64,000 nt of DNA from Escherichia phage vB_EcoM_DalCa. This document shows, in pieces, positions 29,232-39,878 of the stretch. The stretch's first letter is position 1, and every line of letters starts with the position of its first letter. Both the position numbers and the translations under genes were made by a program. The DNA lies in the sequence record NC_054908.1; one strand, written 5' to 3'. The notes beneath the pieces were generated by a model. That model was not told the DNA's origin. It was given only the letters and a program-made list of their open reading frames with translations, and searched no databases.

Positions 29232-30191
29232 TCACTTCCACTGCATTTCACATGCTAACTGAATGAAAAGATAAGCTAAATGCAATTCAGTATTAGCTGC
29301 AATACCATGATACTGATTATTTTCGCCGACAATTTCGTACATACGAATAATACTCTGTGGAGTTACACGTGAATAGATTTCTTCGGCAAGTTTACCCACG
29401 AACCACGAATAATCGGCTGCATATTTTGGTGCTAAAGCTCTGAGTTGTTTAACATCTTTATTTTTGAGAGACTCAAGAACATCATCAATAGCACCACGAT
29501 CGTTAGTAACCAGTGATAAAATACCAGCATCCAAAACACCCTTAGATGAATAACTATCGAGCTCGCCAATAGTTTTACGAAAATCAGGAAAATTCTTTTT
29601 AACCAAAGCTGCTACAACTTTCATATCAGCTATAGCAATTCCTTCATGCTTGCAGATTTCAGTCAATCGACGAATCATCTGCTTCATCATTTCAATTTTA
29701 TCTTCATCAGTTGGTTGACCGAATGTAATAACTCGGCAGCGTGACTGAAGTGGTTTAATAATACCATCAATATTGTTAGCAGTAATAATAATACTACAGT
29801 TTGAACTATAAGCTTCCATAAAGGAACGAAGATGTCGCTGAGACTCTGCTAGCCCTGAACGGTCAAATTCATCAATAACGATTACTTTTTGACGACCATC
29901 AAATGAAGCTGCGCTGGCAAAATTAGTCAAAGGACCGCGAACGAAATCAATTTTACAATCTGACCCATTCACAAACATCATATCAGCATTTACATCATGA
30001 CACAATGCTTTTGCTACAGTTGTTTTACCTGTTCCTGGAGAAGGAGAATGAAGAATAATATGTGGAATCTTACCTTTACTTGTAATAGATTTAAAGGTTT
30101 CTTTATCAAAGGCGGGAAGAATACATTCATCGATAGTAGATGGACGATATTTCTGTTCAAGAATGTGTTCTTTTTCATTTACGGTAATCAT
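29232..30191 (-). CDS. 44: clamp loader large subunit gp44 (AAA+)
   Basis: 319 aa from Met MITVNEKEH; Walker [11 protein letters not shown]. Confidence 0.9.
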
Positions 30192-30226
30192 AATTTCCTC
30201 ATTCAAGTTTTAGTGTAAATTATAAA

Positions 30227-30238
30227 GGGCCGAAGCCC
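30227..30238 (-). terminator. stem-loop between genes 45 and 44
   Basis: gggccgaagccc. Confidence 0.5.
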
Positions 30239-30242
30239 TCTA

Positions 30243-30929
30243 TTAAAAATCGTGGGTAGAATCAGCTTCAAGAGCTACTACATAATTCGCGTGTTCACCT
30301 TCAAATTTAGCAGCACCTTGTTTACCTTTTGCCCAGAGCAGAAGTTTATAATTTCCTGGTTGCATTTTCATATTTGCCATATTGATAATGAAATTAAATG
30401 TATTTTCACCATCATAATCACCAAGAGTCAAAGAATATTTAACACGGGTCAGAGCAGAATCTTCTACTTTATTAAAACCGTTAATTACGATTTTACCTTC
30501 TTTTACCGTGATAGCAATTGTATCAATTTGCAGACCACGAGATACACGCAACAGTTGTTGAAGGTCTTCAGCTTTAATTTCAGTAACAACAGATGCTACC
30601 GGAAATGGAATTGGTTTATTAGGAGCAACTACTGTACTCGGATCGGCTGCTGGCCAAAAAATTGTTGAACGAGCATCAGCAATTTTAATATTTCCATCTT
30701 CTGACTGGGAAATTTCTGCATCATCATTAACTAGCGACAGAATACCGAGAAAACCGTTCAAATCGTAAATTGCTACATCAAAATCAATAACGTCAGAAAT
30801 ATTTGCTTCCGCGTAAGTTGTACCATTAACTGCGCGAGTCATAATAAATTGACCGGATTTAAGCATAATGCCAGAGTTAATAGTAGCGAAATTTTTCAAA
30901 ATATTCAGTGTATCTTTAGACAGTTTCAT
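30243..30929 (-). CDS. 45: sliding clamp gp45
   Basis: 228 aa as T4 gp45; position upstream of 44/62. Confidence 0.85.
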   Translation of the reverse strand: MKLSKDTLNILKNFATINSGIMLKSGQFIMTRAVNGTTYAEANISDVIDFDVAIYDLNGFLGILSLVNDDAEISQSEDGNIKIADARSTIFWPAADPSTVVAPNKPIPFPVASVVTEIKAEDLQQLLRVSRGLQIDTIAITVKEGKIVINGFNKVEDSALTRVKYSLTLGDYDGENTFNFIINMANMKMQPGNYKLLLWAKGKQGAAKFEGEHANYVVALEADSTHDF

Positions 30930-30984
30930 GTAATTTCCTTCAATTCAAATGAGATTTAATTTTATAACTAATTTAATAAAGCAA

Positions 30985-31374
30985 TTAACGATTAAAATCA
31001 GCCGCAATTGTTTCCGCAACAATTTGAGCAGCAACAATTAGACGTTCATCTGCATTACCACAATAATCATCTTCAAGGCGTTCACCACATGAAGTCATAA
31101 TAAATTTAGCACCGGCGTTTAGGGATTCTGTAGTATGTTTGCGCATTAGTTCAATCCATTTATTACTTACTTCACGATCGATAGCTTCATAATACGCATG
31201 ACGAGCAGGTGCAGATTTAATTTTATTCTGAATAACTTCCATTGCGTTATCAGAAAGAGACAAAACCCATGCGCGACGAATTTTATTTTGGTTTTGTGGA
31301 TTTGATTCAGAACGCACGTGTTTTGGCTGAATATCTTTTACATCAACAGTATAATTCACAGTAATTTTAGTCAT
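30985..31374 (-). CDS. rpbA: RpbA RNA polymerase binding protein
   Basis: 129 aa as T4 RpbA, position between 45 and 46. Confidence 0.65.
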
Positions 31375-31383
31375 AATACACCT

Positions 31384-31572
31384 TTAGTCATAATAATCAG
31401 TAACAGTCCAAGCTTCATTTCTATTGGACATTATTTTTGTATATTCTGCTTTAAATGCATTCCTAAGCATAGATTCAGTAACTATATGCTCTTCATTAGA
31501 AAAATTATTTCTCAGAATATATCGTTTTATTTCAGGAATAGTTAATAGATGCTGTCCAGTTGAATATTCCAT
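31384..31572 (-). CDS. hypothetical protein (45.2-like)
   Basis: 62 aa ORF. Confidence 0.45.
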   Translation of the reverse strand: MEYSTGQHLLTIPEIKRYILRNNFSNEEHIVTESMLRNAFKAEYTKIMSNRNEAWTVTDYYD

Positions 31573-31627
31573 GTTTTTCCTCCATAGAGATTATACTCTA
31601 ATAAATTAAAGCATAATCTCTTATAAA

Positions 31628-33310
31628 TTAAACCATTATAGTAAATCGACCAACTTTCTTCATTTGAAGATGCTGACCATATTCTTGCGGGTCATGGTCT
31701 TTATGCGAAATTATAAAAACATTAGTGTTTTTCATTGAATTTATAATATTAGCTACACCTTTAATACCTTCGGCATCAAATGACCCATCAAACACTTCAT
31801 CAAGAATTAATGTACTAATACTAACACCAGATACGATAGAAGCAATATCACGCCAAGTAAATAAAAGAGCAATATCAATTCGTGCCTTTTCACCTTCACT
31901 AAATGAAGCATAACTAAAATCTTCACGACCACGGGATTTAATTGTCTCATTAAATTCTTCATCTAATGTAAACACATAATCCGCTTCCATTATTTTAAGA
32001 TAATGGTTAATCTGCTTATTAAATAATGGAATGTACTTTTTAATAATAGCACCTTTAATACCAGAATCTTTGAGCATATCAGTCAAAATTCCTCGGTGGT
32101 ATTTTTCCATTACTAAATTAGTTTTTGTCTTAACAATTTTATCAAGTTCTTCTTGAAGCAGTGCTATTTCATCAGCATGGTCAATAAACTCAGAAGATGC
32201 TTTTTCTATAGCCGCTTTAACTTTTTTAGCTTTATCTACCGTCGTGATTAGAGATTGCTTTTTATTGCGAATATCATTTGCCAACGACTGCTGGGTTTTA
32301 ATATTATCTCGGTATTCATCAACAAGAACTTTTAAATTATCACGGTGTGTTGAAAGCTGTTCAAATGAATGCGTACATTCAGAAACTTTATCTTTAATTT
32401 TAGAAACAACTTTATCACCGGAACTTAATTGTGACAAACAGGTTGGACATAATCCACCTTCATGATACATATTAATGACTTTATTATACGAGTCAATTTT
32501 TGATTTAATTAAAAATGCTTCTTGACCGATTTTATTAAATGCATCAGTCGGGTCTTCATCTAAAACAATATTAACTAATCTTTCATTAGCTTCTTCTATT
32601 TCCGATTTTAGCGTTCTAGCTTCTTTTGCCAAATCATCATACATATTCTGCAGACGAGTAAGGTTGTCACCAGACAATTTTTTCTGGCGTTCAACGTTAT
32701 CATTATATATTTTAATTTGTTGGATAATACTATCTTTTTTAACATCAAGCACTTGGTTCTGCGAATTTAATTCACGTATTAGTGCTTTATTAAGCTTATC
32801 CATTTCAGCTAATGTTCCTACCTCAAGCAGGTCTTCCACAAGCTTTCTTCGTGCAGGGGTCGACAAACCCATGAAAGGGGTATACCCTGCTGTACCAAGG
32901 ACAACAATCTGCTTGAAACTGGCATATGACATTCCGATAAGCTGTTCAAATTCTGCTTGGAAATCTTTACTGCTGGCAGATTCATTAAGACGTGTACCGT
33001 TAACGGTGATTTCGAAAACGTTTGGTTTTTGTCCTCTTTTGATATAGTACTTTTTCTCATCATATTCCATCCACAGTTCAACTAAAAGTTCTTTCTTATT
33101 TGTGCTGTTTATTAATTGACCTTTCTTTACATCACGAAATGGCTTACCAAAAAGCCCAAATGTGATGGCTTCTAGCATAGTAGACTTACCACCGCCATTT
33201 CGTCCAGTAATAAGAGTTTTTTGAACCTTATCTAATTGAATGTCAATAGGATTTCCACCTACTGACATTATATTTTGATACCTAACTCGGTTTAGTTTAA
33301 AATTCTTCAC
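31628..33310 (-). CDS. 46: recombination nuclease subunit gp46 (Rad50/SbcC-like ATPase)
   Basis: 560 aa as T4 gp46; Walker A GRNGGGKST, central coiled coil, C-terminal signature region. Confidence 0.9.
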   Translation of the reverse strand: MKNFKLNRVRYQNIMSVGGNPIDIQLDKVQKTLITGRNGGGKSTMLEAITFGLFGKPFRDVKKGQLINSTNKKELLVELWMEYDEKKYYIKRGQKPNVFEITVNGTRLNESASSKDFQAEFEQLIGMSYASFKQIVVLGTAGYTPFMGLSTPARRKLVEDLLEVGTLAEMDKLNKALIRELNSQNQVLDVKKDSIIQQIKIYNDNVERQKKLSGDNLTRLQNMYDDLAKEARTLKSEIEEANERLVNIVLDEDPTDAFNKIGQEAFLIKSKIDSYNKVINMYHEGGLCPTCLSQLSSGDKVVSKIKDKVSECTHSFEQLSTHRDNLKVLVDEYRDNIKTQQSLANDIRNKKQSLITTVDKAKKVKAAIEKASSEFIDHADEIALLQEELDKIVKTKTNLVMEKYHRGILTDMLKDSGIKGAIIKKYIPLFNKQINHYLKIMEADYVFTLDEEFNETIKSRGREDFSYASFSEGEKARIDIALLFTWRDIASIVSGVSISTLILDEVFDGSFDAEGIKGVANIINSMKNTNVFIISHKDHDPQEYGQHLQMKKVGRFTIMV

Positions 33311-33570
33311 AAAAGATTCCTTTTAATGTATCTTTTAGACCATTCTATCATATCATCATAATCTAAAAAGTATTCATCAAATTCAGCCATGCAAACAACA
33401 CCTTGTGCTGTTTTTGATGTAATATAAATTATTCCAACATATCTAGAATCTTCTTCGGTATAATCAATATTTGCTATGAATTCATCATTAATGTCAAATG
33501 TCGAAAACTTCACAATATGCATCCTTAATACAAGATACAGCCATATCTCGTAATGATTTAGGTGTGTCAT
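33307..33570 (-). CDS. hypothetical protein (46.1-like)
   Basis: 87 aa ORF; overlaps next ORF by 77 nt, start uncertain. Confidence 0.4.
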   Translation of the reverse strand: MTHLNHYEIWLYLVLRMHIVKFSTFDINDEFIANIDYTEEDSRYVGIIYITSKTAQGVVCMAEFDEYFLDYDDMIEWSKRYIKRNLL

Positions 33571-33757
33571 TATCTAAAATGTTGAAGTTAAAAGATACAG
33601 CCCAGTCAGTGCAGACCGTAACCTTTTTAATACAATTATCTTCAACCTCTAGCGGTTCAAACCAATATTCAATAATTTCTTTATGACCAATATCATCTTT
33701 TACTTCGCATTCAAAATGCTGACTCATCATAACATTTTTAAATTCATCAAAAGTCAT
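33494..33757 (-). CDS. hypothetical protein (46.2-like)
   Basis: 87 aa ORF. Confidence 0.4.
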   Translation of the reverse strand: MTFDEFKNVMMSQHFECEVKDDIGHKEIIEYWFEPLEVEDNCIKKVTVCTDWAVSFNFNILDNDTPKSLRDMAVSCIKDAYCEVFDI

Positions 33758-34773
33758 TGTGTTGCCTCTACATATAACTGATTTGCATATTGAATAAGTG
33801 CTTCGCGATCAGAATCAGTGATGTCTGGAATTGCATTAATGTATTCTTCCATCAACGTCTGAAGAGGTTGAACTTCAACTTCTTCACTGTCATCTGACTC
33901 GACAGAGTTATCAATCTTTGACACAACTCGTAATGAATGCACAACTTTTTCTAGTTCAGATTCGAACTTCGTTAGATTTTTGTCTACTTCAGTTACTATA
34001 ACACGTACTGATAGATTTGTAAAATCTTTATAGTCAATTTTTCCTTTAAATGGATAATGAATTCTACGATGCCAGGTAGTATTGTTTGGAATAAATTCCA
34101 TTCGTTCTGTTTCTGTATCAAACATCCAGAACCCACGAGGGTCATTCTCGTCACCTGCAGTTAGTGTCCATGGTGTCCCAATATATCTGACGTTTGCAGC
34201 CTCAGAAATAGTATGGAAGTGACCAGACCACACTTCTTTATAAGTCTTAAGGAAATCAGGTTCAAGACCATGAGATTTCATTCCTTTATAAAAATAAAAT
34301 CCATTCAGTTCCCAGTGACCAACACAAAAAGAAGCAGATGAAGTTTTGATGTGTTCAAGAATTTCACCAGTATTTTCTTCACACATCCAAGGAATTAAAT
34401 CAATTAAACATCCGTCAAAATCTACTGTAGTAGGCTTATCATATACTTTAACATTAGGATATTTAGCCAAAAGCTCAGTAGAGGCATTTGGAGTTAAAGT
34501 ATTTTTAAAGTGCATATCATGGTTTCCTACAATAGTATGTAGGGTAATACCAGCATCATCAAGCATTTGAACTATTTCACGAGCAAACTCCATAGTTTTA
34601 TGCGTGATCGCTTTTCGCACATCAAAAATATCGCCGTATTGAATCCAGGTAGTAATTCCATTTTTCTTAGAATATTCTATTGCTTGTTTAATTCCATCCA
34701 ACTGAATGGATTGAACCCACTCATCATCAGCTTTAACGCCTAAATGCCAATCACCTAAATTTAAAATTTTCAT
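33754..34773 (-). CDS. 47: recombination nuclease subunit gp47 (Mre11/SbcD-like)
   Basis: 339 aa as T4 gp47; phosphoesterase motifs LGDWHLG, GNHD, GHWE. Confidence 0.9.
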   Translation of the reverse strand: MKILNLGDWHLGVKADDEWVQSIQLDGIKQAIEYSKKNGITTWIQYGDIFDVRKAITHKTMEFAREIVQMLDDAGITLHTIVGNHDMHFKNTLTPNASTELLAKYPNVKVYDKPTTVDFDGCLIDLIPWMCEENTGEILEHIKTSSASFCVGHWELNGFYFYKGMKSHGLEPDFLKTYKEVWSGHFHTISEAANVRYIGTPWTLTAGDENDPRGFWMFDTETERMEFIPNNTTWHRRIHYPFKGKIDYKDFTNLSVRVIVTEVDKNLTKFESELEKVVHSLRVVSKIDNSVESDDSEEVEVQPLQTLMEEYINAIPDITDSDREALIQYANQLYVEATQ

Positions 34774-34934
34774 ATATCAAGAACCGTCATTGAAATGCAA
34801 AATAAAATTATTGAAATAAATCCATCTGGAGTGCTAAAGAACCCAATCCAACATGCTCTAGTGAATAGATAAAATGCAAGAAAAAGTATCACATATCCAA
34901 GAAATATCATTATATCAAACTCCGTATAAAGCTA

Positions 34935-34950
34935 AAGGGCCGAAGCCCTT
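34935..34950 (-). terminator. stem-loop at 3' end of alpha-gt
   Basis: aagggccgaagccctt overlapping the stop codon. Confidence 0.55.
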
Positions 34951-36152
34951 TATTTTGTAATAATGTCAAACTGTTCTTTAAAACAGAAGCTTGAATCTTG
35001 GTGCTGATACAAAAATTCATATGCTTTTTCTCGCTCACGGTCATAAAGAGCTCGGTCAGATGACAGTTCTTTAATACGTTCAAATGTTGATTCCATATCA
35101 TTTTCATCAAACCAAATGATACCGCTATCATGCGAGGTCAAAGGAGTATTATCAACACGGAATTTTAAATTTTCGCCAGTAGATTTCCAAAATACCGGAA
35201 TTGTTCCACACGCGCCAAGCTCGAGATGAGTATATTCTAAAGAACGTTGTAGATATTTTTTATCCAACTTACTCAACTGATAACCAAAACCGGATTTACT
35301 CATACGTTCAAGCATTTCGCTATTTACATAACGGTCAAGAATTTGCGTTGGCAAATTAGGAGCAATTTTAATTTGGTCTACTTGATGAAGACGATAATAC
35401 TCGTATGGAATTCCTTTTTCTTTAATAGGAATGAACGCTGGAGAACGTTCCAGACCTTCCATAATAGTACTTAGTCCTGCAGGTTTAAGATGTTTTTCAT
35501 GAAAATCAAACATCTGATAAAAACCTTTCCATGTAGTCGTACGACCAATCCAACGGTTGATATTCATGTTAATTTCAGAAACATCTTTCCAGTAGGTTGA
35601 TCGAACCTTCGCAATATCCATCGGAGGCTGAAAGTTATATACTGTCGGTGCTTCTTCAATATCATCAAACAGAGAAACTGTTTCTGGATACCATTCTTTC
35701 ATCAGAACTTTATTAAAATCGCCATTATCAGAATGGCTAAAAATAACATCAGCTCGACGAACAGTTTCTTCTAATCCCAAATTTCGACGCAAAGAAAGAG
35801 AAGAATGGTCATGTTGATAAACTACAACACGAACCGAAGGTTTAATGTTATCAATAATTTTTTTATAGTTATTAATAGTGTCTTCTTCAACTGAAGTAAC
35901 AGGAACTGAATTGATAATTAGAATATCACAATCATTTACCAGCTTAAGTGTTTTATCGTATTCTTTTGCCAATAAAACCGGAATTGAAAATGATTTATAA
36001 TCATGTGCACAGTTACGAGTAAATGATTTATCTTTAGCATAAACCAAAGTTACTTCATGACCATTTTTAATAAACCAATCACGTTGCTCAAGAGAAAATT
36101 TAGTTACACCACAACCTTCAAGACCTCGAGCCATAAAAATACATACTTTCAT
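34950..36152 (-). CDS. agt: DNA alpha-glucosyltransferase
   Basis: 400 aa as T4 alpha-gt; N-terminus resembles remembered T4 AGT; position between 47 and 55. Confidence 0.8.
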   Translation of the reverse strand: MKVCIFMARGLEGCGVTKFSLEQRDWFIKNGHEVTLVYAKDKSFTRNCAHDYKSFSIPVLLAKEYDKTLKLVNDCDILIINSVPVTSVEEDTINNYKKIIDNIKPSVRVVVYQHDHSSLSLRRNLGLEETVRRADVIFSHSDNGDFNKVLMKEWYPETVSLFDDIEEAPTVYNFQPPMDIAKVRSTYWKDVSEINMNINRWIGRTTTWKGFYQMFDFHEKHLKPAGLSTIMEGLERSPAFIPIKEKGIPYEYYRLHQVDQIKIAPNLPTQILDRYVNSEMLERMSKSGFGYQLSKLDKKYLQRSLEYTHLELGACGTIPVFWKSTGENLKFRVDNTPLTSHDSGIIWFDENDMESTFERIKELSSDRALYDREREKAYEFLYQHQDSSFCFKEQFDIITK

Positions 36153-36204
36153 TTAATATCCTCTTTGTTTTGGTTTATTTTACCAAAATTTTATAAAGCA
36201 ATAT

Positions 36205-36220
36205 AGGAGCCGAAGCTCCT
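36205..36220 (-). terminator. stem-loop upstream of alpha-gt
   Basis: aggagccgaagctcct. Confidence 0.5.
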
Positions 36221-36395
36221 ATCCACATAATACGCCATACAGAGGCTCATTAGAACTTTTAAATTTTATGCGCTTATATTTTATAGTTCCTTCTGCTTTA
36301 GCTTTATCATGAGACGCTTTAAAGAGTCTCATCATTTCCTCTTTAGAGGAACGAATTTTATTATAATCTATTTCAGAAGTCTGGGTGTTCATCTT

Positions 36396-36602
36396 TCATA
36401 ACTGCCACCATTTTTTGACTTGATAAGAATCAACCCACACTTTCATATTAGGGTCTGCTCTTACAATAGGAGGATTAACTTCTTTAATTGAACTATCATG
36501 GTATTCTTTTTCAGAAATTTTCACACAAAGATGACCATTCAAAGATTCAGTAAATCCTGCATTAATTTTAAGACGCTTGAATTTTACGTGTGTAAGCATC
36601 AA
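36396..36602 (-). CDS. hypothetical protein
   Basis: 68 aa ORF. Confidence 0.4.
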   Translation of the reverse strand: MMLTHVKFKRLKINAGFTESLNGHLCVKISEKEYHDSSIKEVNPPIVRADPNMKVWVDSYQVKKWWQL

Positions 36603-36885
36603 TCATATCCTCAATTTGCGATCTAGTAGTCTTCCAAAGAATACTGATGAGTTCATCGTTATATGGCTGTTTTAGAATATCCCGACTTTTCTTGATAGCA
36701 TATTCGTATTGAGCAAAATTATTATTTTCAGCTGCAATCTGAGCGTGCTTATAAAGACGATTCAGTTCGCGTTTGTTTTTAGACAATAACTTATTTGCTT
36801 TTCTTTCTGCTTCAAGACGGTTCTTTTCTTCAATAGAAGAAATAAGCTTTTCCACTTCATCATTAATTTCGGGTTTATCAGTCAT
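36568..36885 (-). CDS. hypothetical protein
   Basis: 105 aa ORF. Confidence 0.45.
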   Translation of the reverse strand: MTDKPEINDEVEKLISSIEEKNRLEAERKANKLLSKNKRELNRLYKHAQIAAENNNFAQYEYAIKKSRDILKQPYNDELISILWKTTRSQIEDMIDAYTRKIQAS

Positions 36886-36886
36886 A

Positions 36887-37105
36887 TTATTTCTCTAATA
36901 TAAAATAAAAATCATCATCTGTTAAATGATACCTGTAATTTAATTCTACACCATTAGATTTAAAAGCGGTATCATACGGATTTTCTGGATCAATATCAAT
37001 GTCAAGAGCTAAAACTTCCCTGAGATACATTTTAAGTAAATAGGGAATAGCTTCAACTTCAGGTATTTCTTCCAAGAATCCGGAGAGGTTAATCGTTAGC
37101 CTCAT
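36887..37105 (-). CDS. hypothetical protein
   Basis: 72 aa ORF. Confidence 0.45.
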
Positions 37106-37652
37106 ATAAAAAATCCAAACTAGGAGAATCGTCTACAACACTTTTCTTTTCAGCCCCCGGTGTTCTATAGGTTGATTCTTCGTAATGCGTCATTTTATCA
37201 TAGATGTCTTGAATAAAAGTTTCATCTACTAACGCAACCATATCGTCGTCACGGCTGTCATAGACATTGTGAACGAAGTAACTATATTTCTTTGCAACTT
37301 CCTTACGTTCTTTTTTAATACGTTGGACGAATGCATTAAAACAAGCTTGAGTTATATACGCATGTGGGTTTTTATATTTCGTTTCATCAAAATTATGAAG
37401 CCCCTTAATAGAAGCTTCTATACCATCTGCAATCATTTCTTGTTTCCAAGACTGGGTGTATCCTGAAAAGTTGAAACGTTTAGATAAGCCTTCTGCAATA
37501 AGCATAATGGCTAATCCGATAGTATCATTCTGACGAACTACTTTATTTGGGTCTTTATTATTTGCTAATTCTGTTTTCCAATCAATAATAGCTTGTAAAA
37601 GCTCTTTATTGTTTACGTAATTATATTTAGGCTTAGTTTCTGACATTTTCAC
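37089..37652 (-). CDS. 55: late-promoter sigma factor gp55
   Basis: 187 aa, near T4 gp55 length; position after alpha-gt block. Confidence 0.85.
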
Positions 37653-37724
37653 CTCTTAGCTCAATTCATAGATCTATTATATCATAATATTTGAAGATCT
37701 ATCTTAAAGCATAGAGGATATCAG

Positions 37725-37994
37725 TTATCTAAGTAAACAGTATGCTTGGAACACTTTATCCATCATCTTTTTAAATTCATGAATATCTATATAATGACTA
37801 GTTAGATCAGCATGATATAAAAAGTCTAAAAACTTTTCATGTGTACTAGCATATTCGCTTTCATTTAATTCAGAAACATGGCTTTCCCAATATCCAACAC
37901 CAGTCTTATTTGGGAAAAATGAAATTTTCATGTATTGGTCAACATAGAAAATGCCATAATTTTCAATAGTAATAGAAATATTAATAAATTTCAT
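37725..37994 (-). CDS. hypothetical protein (55.x)
   Basis: 89 aa ORF. Confidence 0.45.
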   Translation of the reverse strand: MKFINISITIENYGIFYVDQYMKISFFPNKTGVGYWESHVSELNESEYASTHEKFLDFLYHADLTSHYIDIHEFKKMMDKVFQAYCLLR

Positions 37995-38206
37995 ACATTC
38001 ATCAACTTAGCCGCTTCAAGAGCTGCATCTAGTGAATCAAATTGGTCAACATATTCAATCAATTCGCCGTAATTAGCGTATAACCACCATTGACTGAATT
38101 CATATTCAAGGATAAATCCATTTCCCTCAATTTGAGTTAAACCAATGCCATTTGTATTTACTTCATATCCGGCAAGACGCAAATCGTTAATAAGAGCTTC
38201 GTTCAT
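37991..38206 (-). CDS. hypothetical protein (55.x)
   Basis: 71 aa ORF. Confidence 0.45.
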   Translation of the reverse strand: MNEALINDLRLAGYEVNTNGIGLTQIEGNGFILEYEFSQWWLYANYGELIEYVDQFDSLDAALEAAKLMNV

Positions 38207-38208
38207 AA

Positions 38209-38535
38209 TTATGCCTTAGTAATTTTCAGGTCAGCAAATTTTTTCTTGCGTTGATTTTTCATGCGACGAATAGTTTTATCGGAAATTTCATGCTTTTGAT
38301 AAGCTTTAGATTCTACACCAAAAGCTTTAACATCAAATTCTGACAAGATATATTGAACCAATAATTCACGGACAGTATTGCGTCCAATCTTCTGATCATT
38401 CTGTTTCATCATTTGATGAAGCTCTTTTTCCCATTTATCCAAAATTTGAGGAGTTACAATATCGCCTTTTTCTAACAAAGAAACTACTTTATCATATGCG
38501 TAAGAATTGATGGCGTTTTTAATTTGAATAGTCAT
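38209..38535 (-). CDS. hypothetical protein (55.x)
   Basis: 108 aa ORF. Confidence 0.5.
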   Translation of the reverse strand: MTIQIKNAINSYAYDKVVSLLEKGDIVTPQILDKWEKELHQMMKQNDQKIGRNTVRELLVQYILSEFDVKAFGVESKAYQKHEISDKTIRRMKNQRKKKFADLKITKA

Positions 38536-38574
38536 ACATTATCCTCAATTGCATTAAAATTTTATTATCCAAAA

Positions 38575-38588
38575 AGGGCCGAAGCCCT
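38575..38588 (-). terminator. stem-loop in 55.x region
   Basis: agggccgaagccct. Confidence 0.5.
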
Positions 38589-38788
38589 TAGCTAAACCGT
38601 TTGGCACCCTTCCAGCCTTCGTACATCATTGCAACTGATAATGACAAAGCTCCTTCGCATGCTGCATACTTATTATTCCAGAACCAATTTAGAAAAACTT
38701 CATCCTCAATACCATTGTGTTTCATGTTCTGGAAAAATTTGGCGCGTTCTTCAGCAATTCGCTGCGATAATTTAGATTCAGGATTCAT
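38588..38788 (-). CDS. hypothetical protein
   Basis: 66 aa ORF. Confidence 0.45.
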   Translation of the reverse strand: MNPESKLSQRIAEERAKFFQNMKHNGIEDEVFLNWFWNNKYAACEGALSLSVAMMYEGWKGAKRFS

Positions 38789-39004
38789 TTAAATTTCCCA
38801 ATTACCATTTTCATCAATAAATTTAATCCAGTCATTTACTGACCACTTGGTCGTATCGCCTTTTGGAGTAACATTTAAAGTATATAGCCCTTGCTTAAAA
38901 AGCATTCGCTTGATATTCATATTTTCCTCAGCTGTAACGATAGCACTCGTTTGATTTGCGCTTAGCAACTCGTTGAGAAATATTGTAATCAAAATCATCG
39001 TCAA
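38789..39004 (-). CDS. hypothetical protein
   Basis: 71 aa ORF; overlaps next ORF, start probably internal. Confidence 0.3.
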   Translation of the reverse strand: MTMILITIFLNELLSANQTSAIVTAEENMNIKRMLFKQGLYTLNVTPKGDTTKWSVNDWIKFIDENGNWEI

Positions 39005-39260
39005 TGTAAACTGATTTTTTCAACTTTCTTACTTCGCCGCGTAATTGACGATTCAATTCATTCTTAACCTCTGAATCAACACCCCGCATACGTCGCCATT
39101 TATCTGAGCGAAAAATGTTTTCAACCATATCTTTATGACTTACACCATCAGGAGCTTTACGCTTTCCGAAATAGTCATAATCACGTACTTTTAAATCTTT
39201 ACGACGATACGTTTTACCCATGGTGTTTAATTTCCTTAGCAACTGAACTAAATGCAACAC
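38928..39260 (-). CDS. hypothetical basic protein
   Basis: 110 aa ORF, Arg/Lys-rich; start may be internal Met. Confidence 0.45.
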   Translation of the reverse strand: MLHLVQLLRKLNTMGKTYRRKDLKVRDYDYFGKRKAPDGVSHKDMVENIFRSDKWRRMRGVDSEVKNELNRQLRGEVRKLKKSVYIDDDFDYNISQRVAKRKSNECYRYS

Positions 39261-39396
39261 GATCGCAAATCATGCGTTTATGTAACTTGAGTATAATATA
39301 GCAAACTTCAAAACTATTTACATGAGTAACACGAACAGCATTACCATTAATGAGATAATACTGTCCCTTTTTAATTTCTTTATCAACCACAACCAT
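39214..39396 (-). CDS. hypothetical protein
   Basis: 60 aa ORF downstream of promoter 39426..39455. Confidence 0.4.
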   Translation of the reverse strand: MVVVDKEIKKGQYYLINGNAVRVTHVNSFEVCYIILKLHKRMICDRVAFSSVAKEIKHHG

Positions 39397-39425
39397 ATCA
39401 ATTCCTCAAAGGCAATTCATGTGTT

Positions 39426-39455
39426 AATAATACCACAGTTTGAACTTGTTGTAAA
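39426..39455 (-). promoter_or_regulatory. T4-type early promoter
   Basis: minus strand GTTTAC, 18 nt, TATTAT. Confidence 0.55.
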
Positions 39456-39536
39456 CAACTTTGTGAAAATTATTTTAGGGAATGATAAGAAGGGAACGAT
39501 AGCTTAGAATGGTAATATACAGAATGTGAGAAAGAA

Positions 39537-39551
39537 GGGCCCAGAGGGCCC
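39537..39551 (-). terminator. stem-loop downstream of nrdH-like gene
   Basis: gggcccagagggccc palindrome. Confidence 0.5.
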
Positions 39552-39554
39552 GTC

Positions 39555-39878
39555 TTAGTCTTCTATGATATCTCTATCATATCCAAGTGAAATGAGAGTT
39601 TCTTTGAAGTGTTTAATGTTCTTTTGTCTAGAATCATTAATGAAAATGACAGGATACCGAATATTAAGAGATGTGAATCCGGCGCGTTTGGCAAGAGATA
39701 CAATCAGTGGACGATCATACTCAATCTTACCATTATTAGTAAGAACTTTATAGAAAGTAAAAGGAGCATTGAGCTCCTTTAGAAGTTTTGTAACTGATTG
39801 ACATCCAGGACAACGACCTACTTCATCTGGAATTCCATAGACTTCAATCTTATTCTTTAAGTTCGAGTTTTGTTCCAC
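39555..39878 (-). CDS. NrdH-like glutaredoxin
   Basis: CPGC redox motif in IEVYGIPDEVGRCPGCQSV; ORF-track ORF 39555..40007 has an implausible N-terminus, GTG start at 39878 with AAGGA upstream proposed. Confidence 0.55.
   Translation of the reverse strand: MEQNSNLKNKIEVYGIPDEVGRCPGCQSVTKLLKELNAPFTFYKVLTNNGKIEYDRPLIVSLAKRAGFTSLNIRYPVIFINDSRQKNIKHFKETLISLGYDRDIIED

Noticed and set aside
34910-35131. Nested same-strand ORFs inside larger genes (34910..35131 in alpha-gt, 47093..47341, 15869..16105, 22160..22354, 25316..25501, 14305..14517, 61706..61921)
   Set aside because: Alternative frames within longer, better-supported ORFs.
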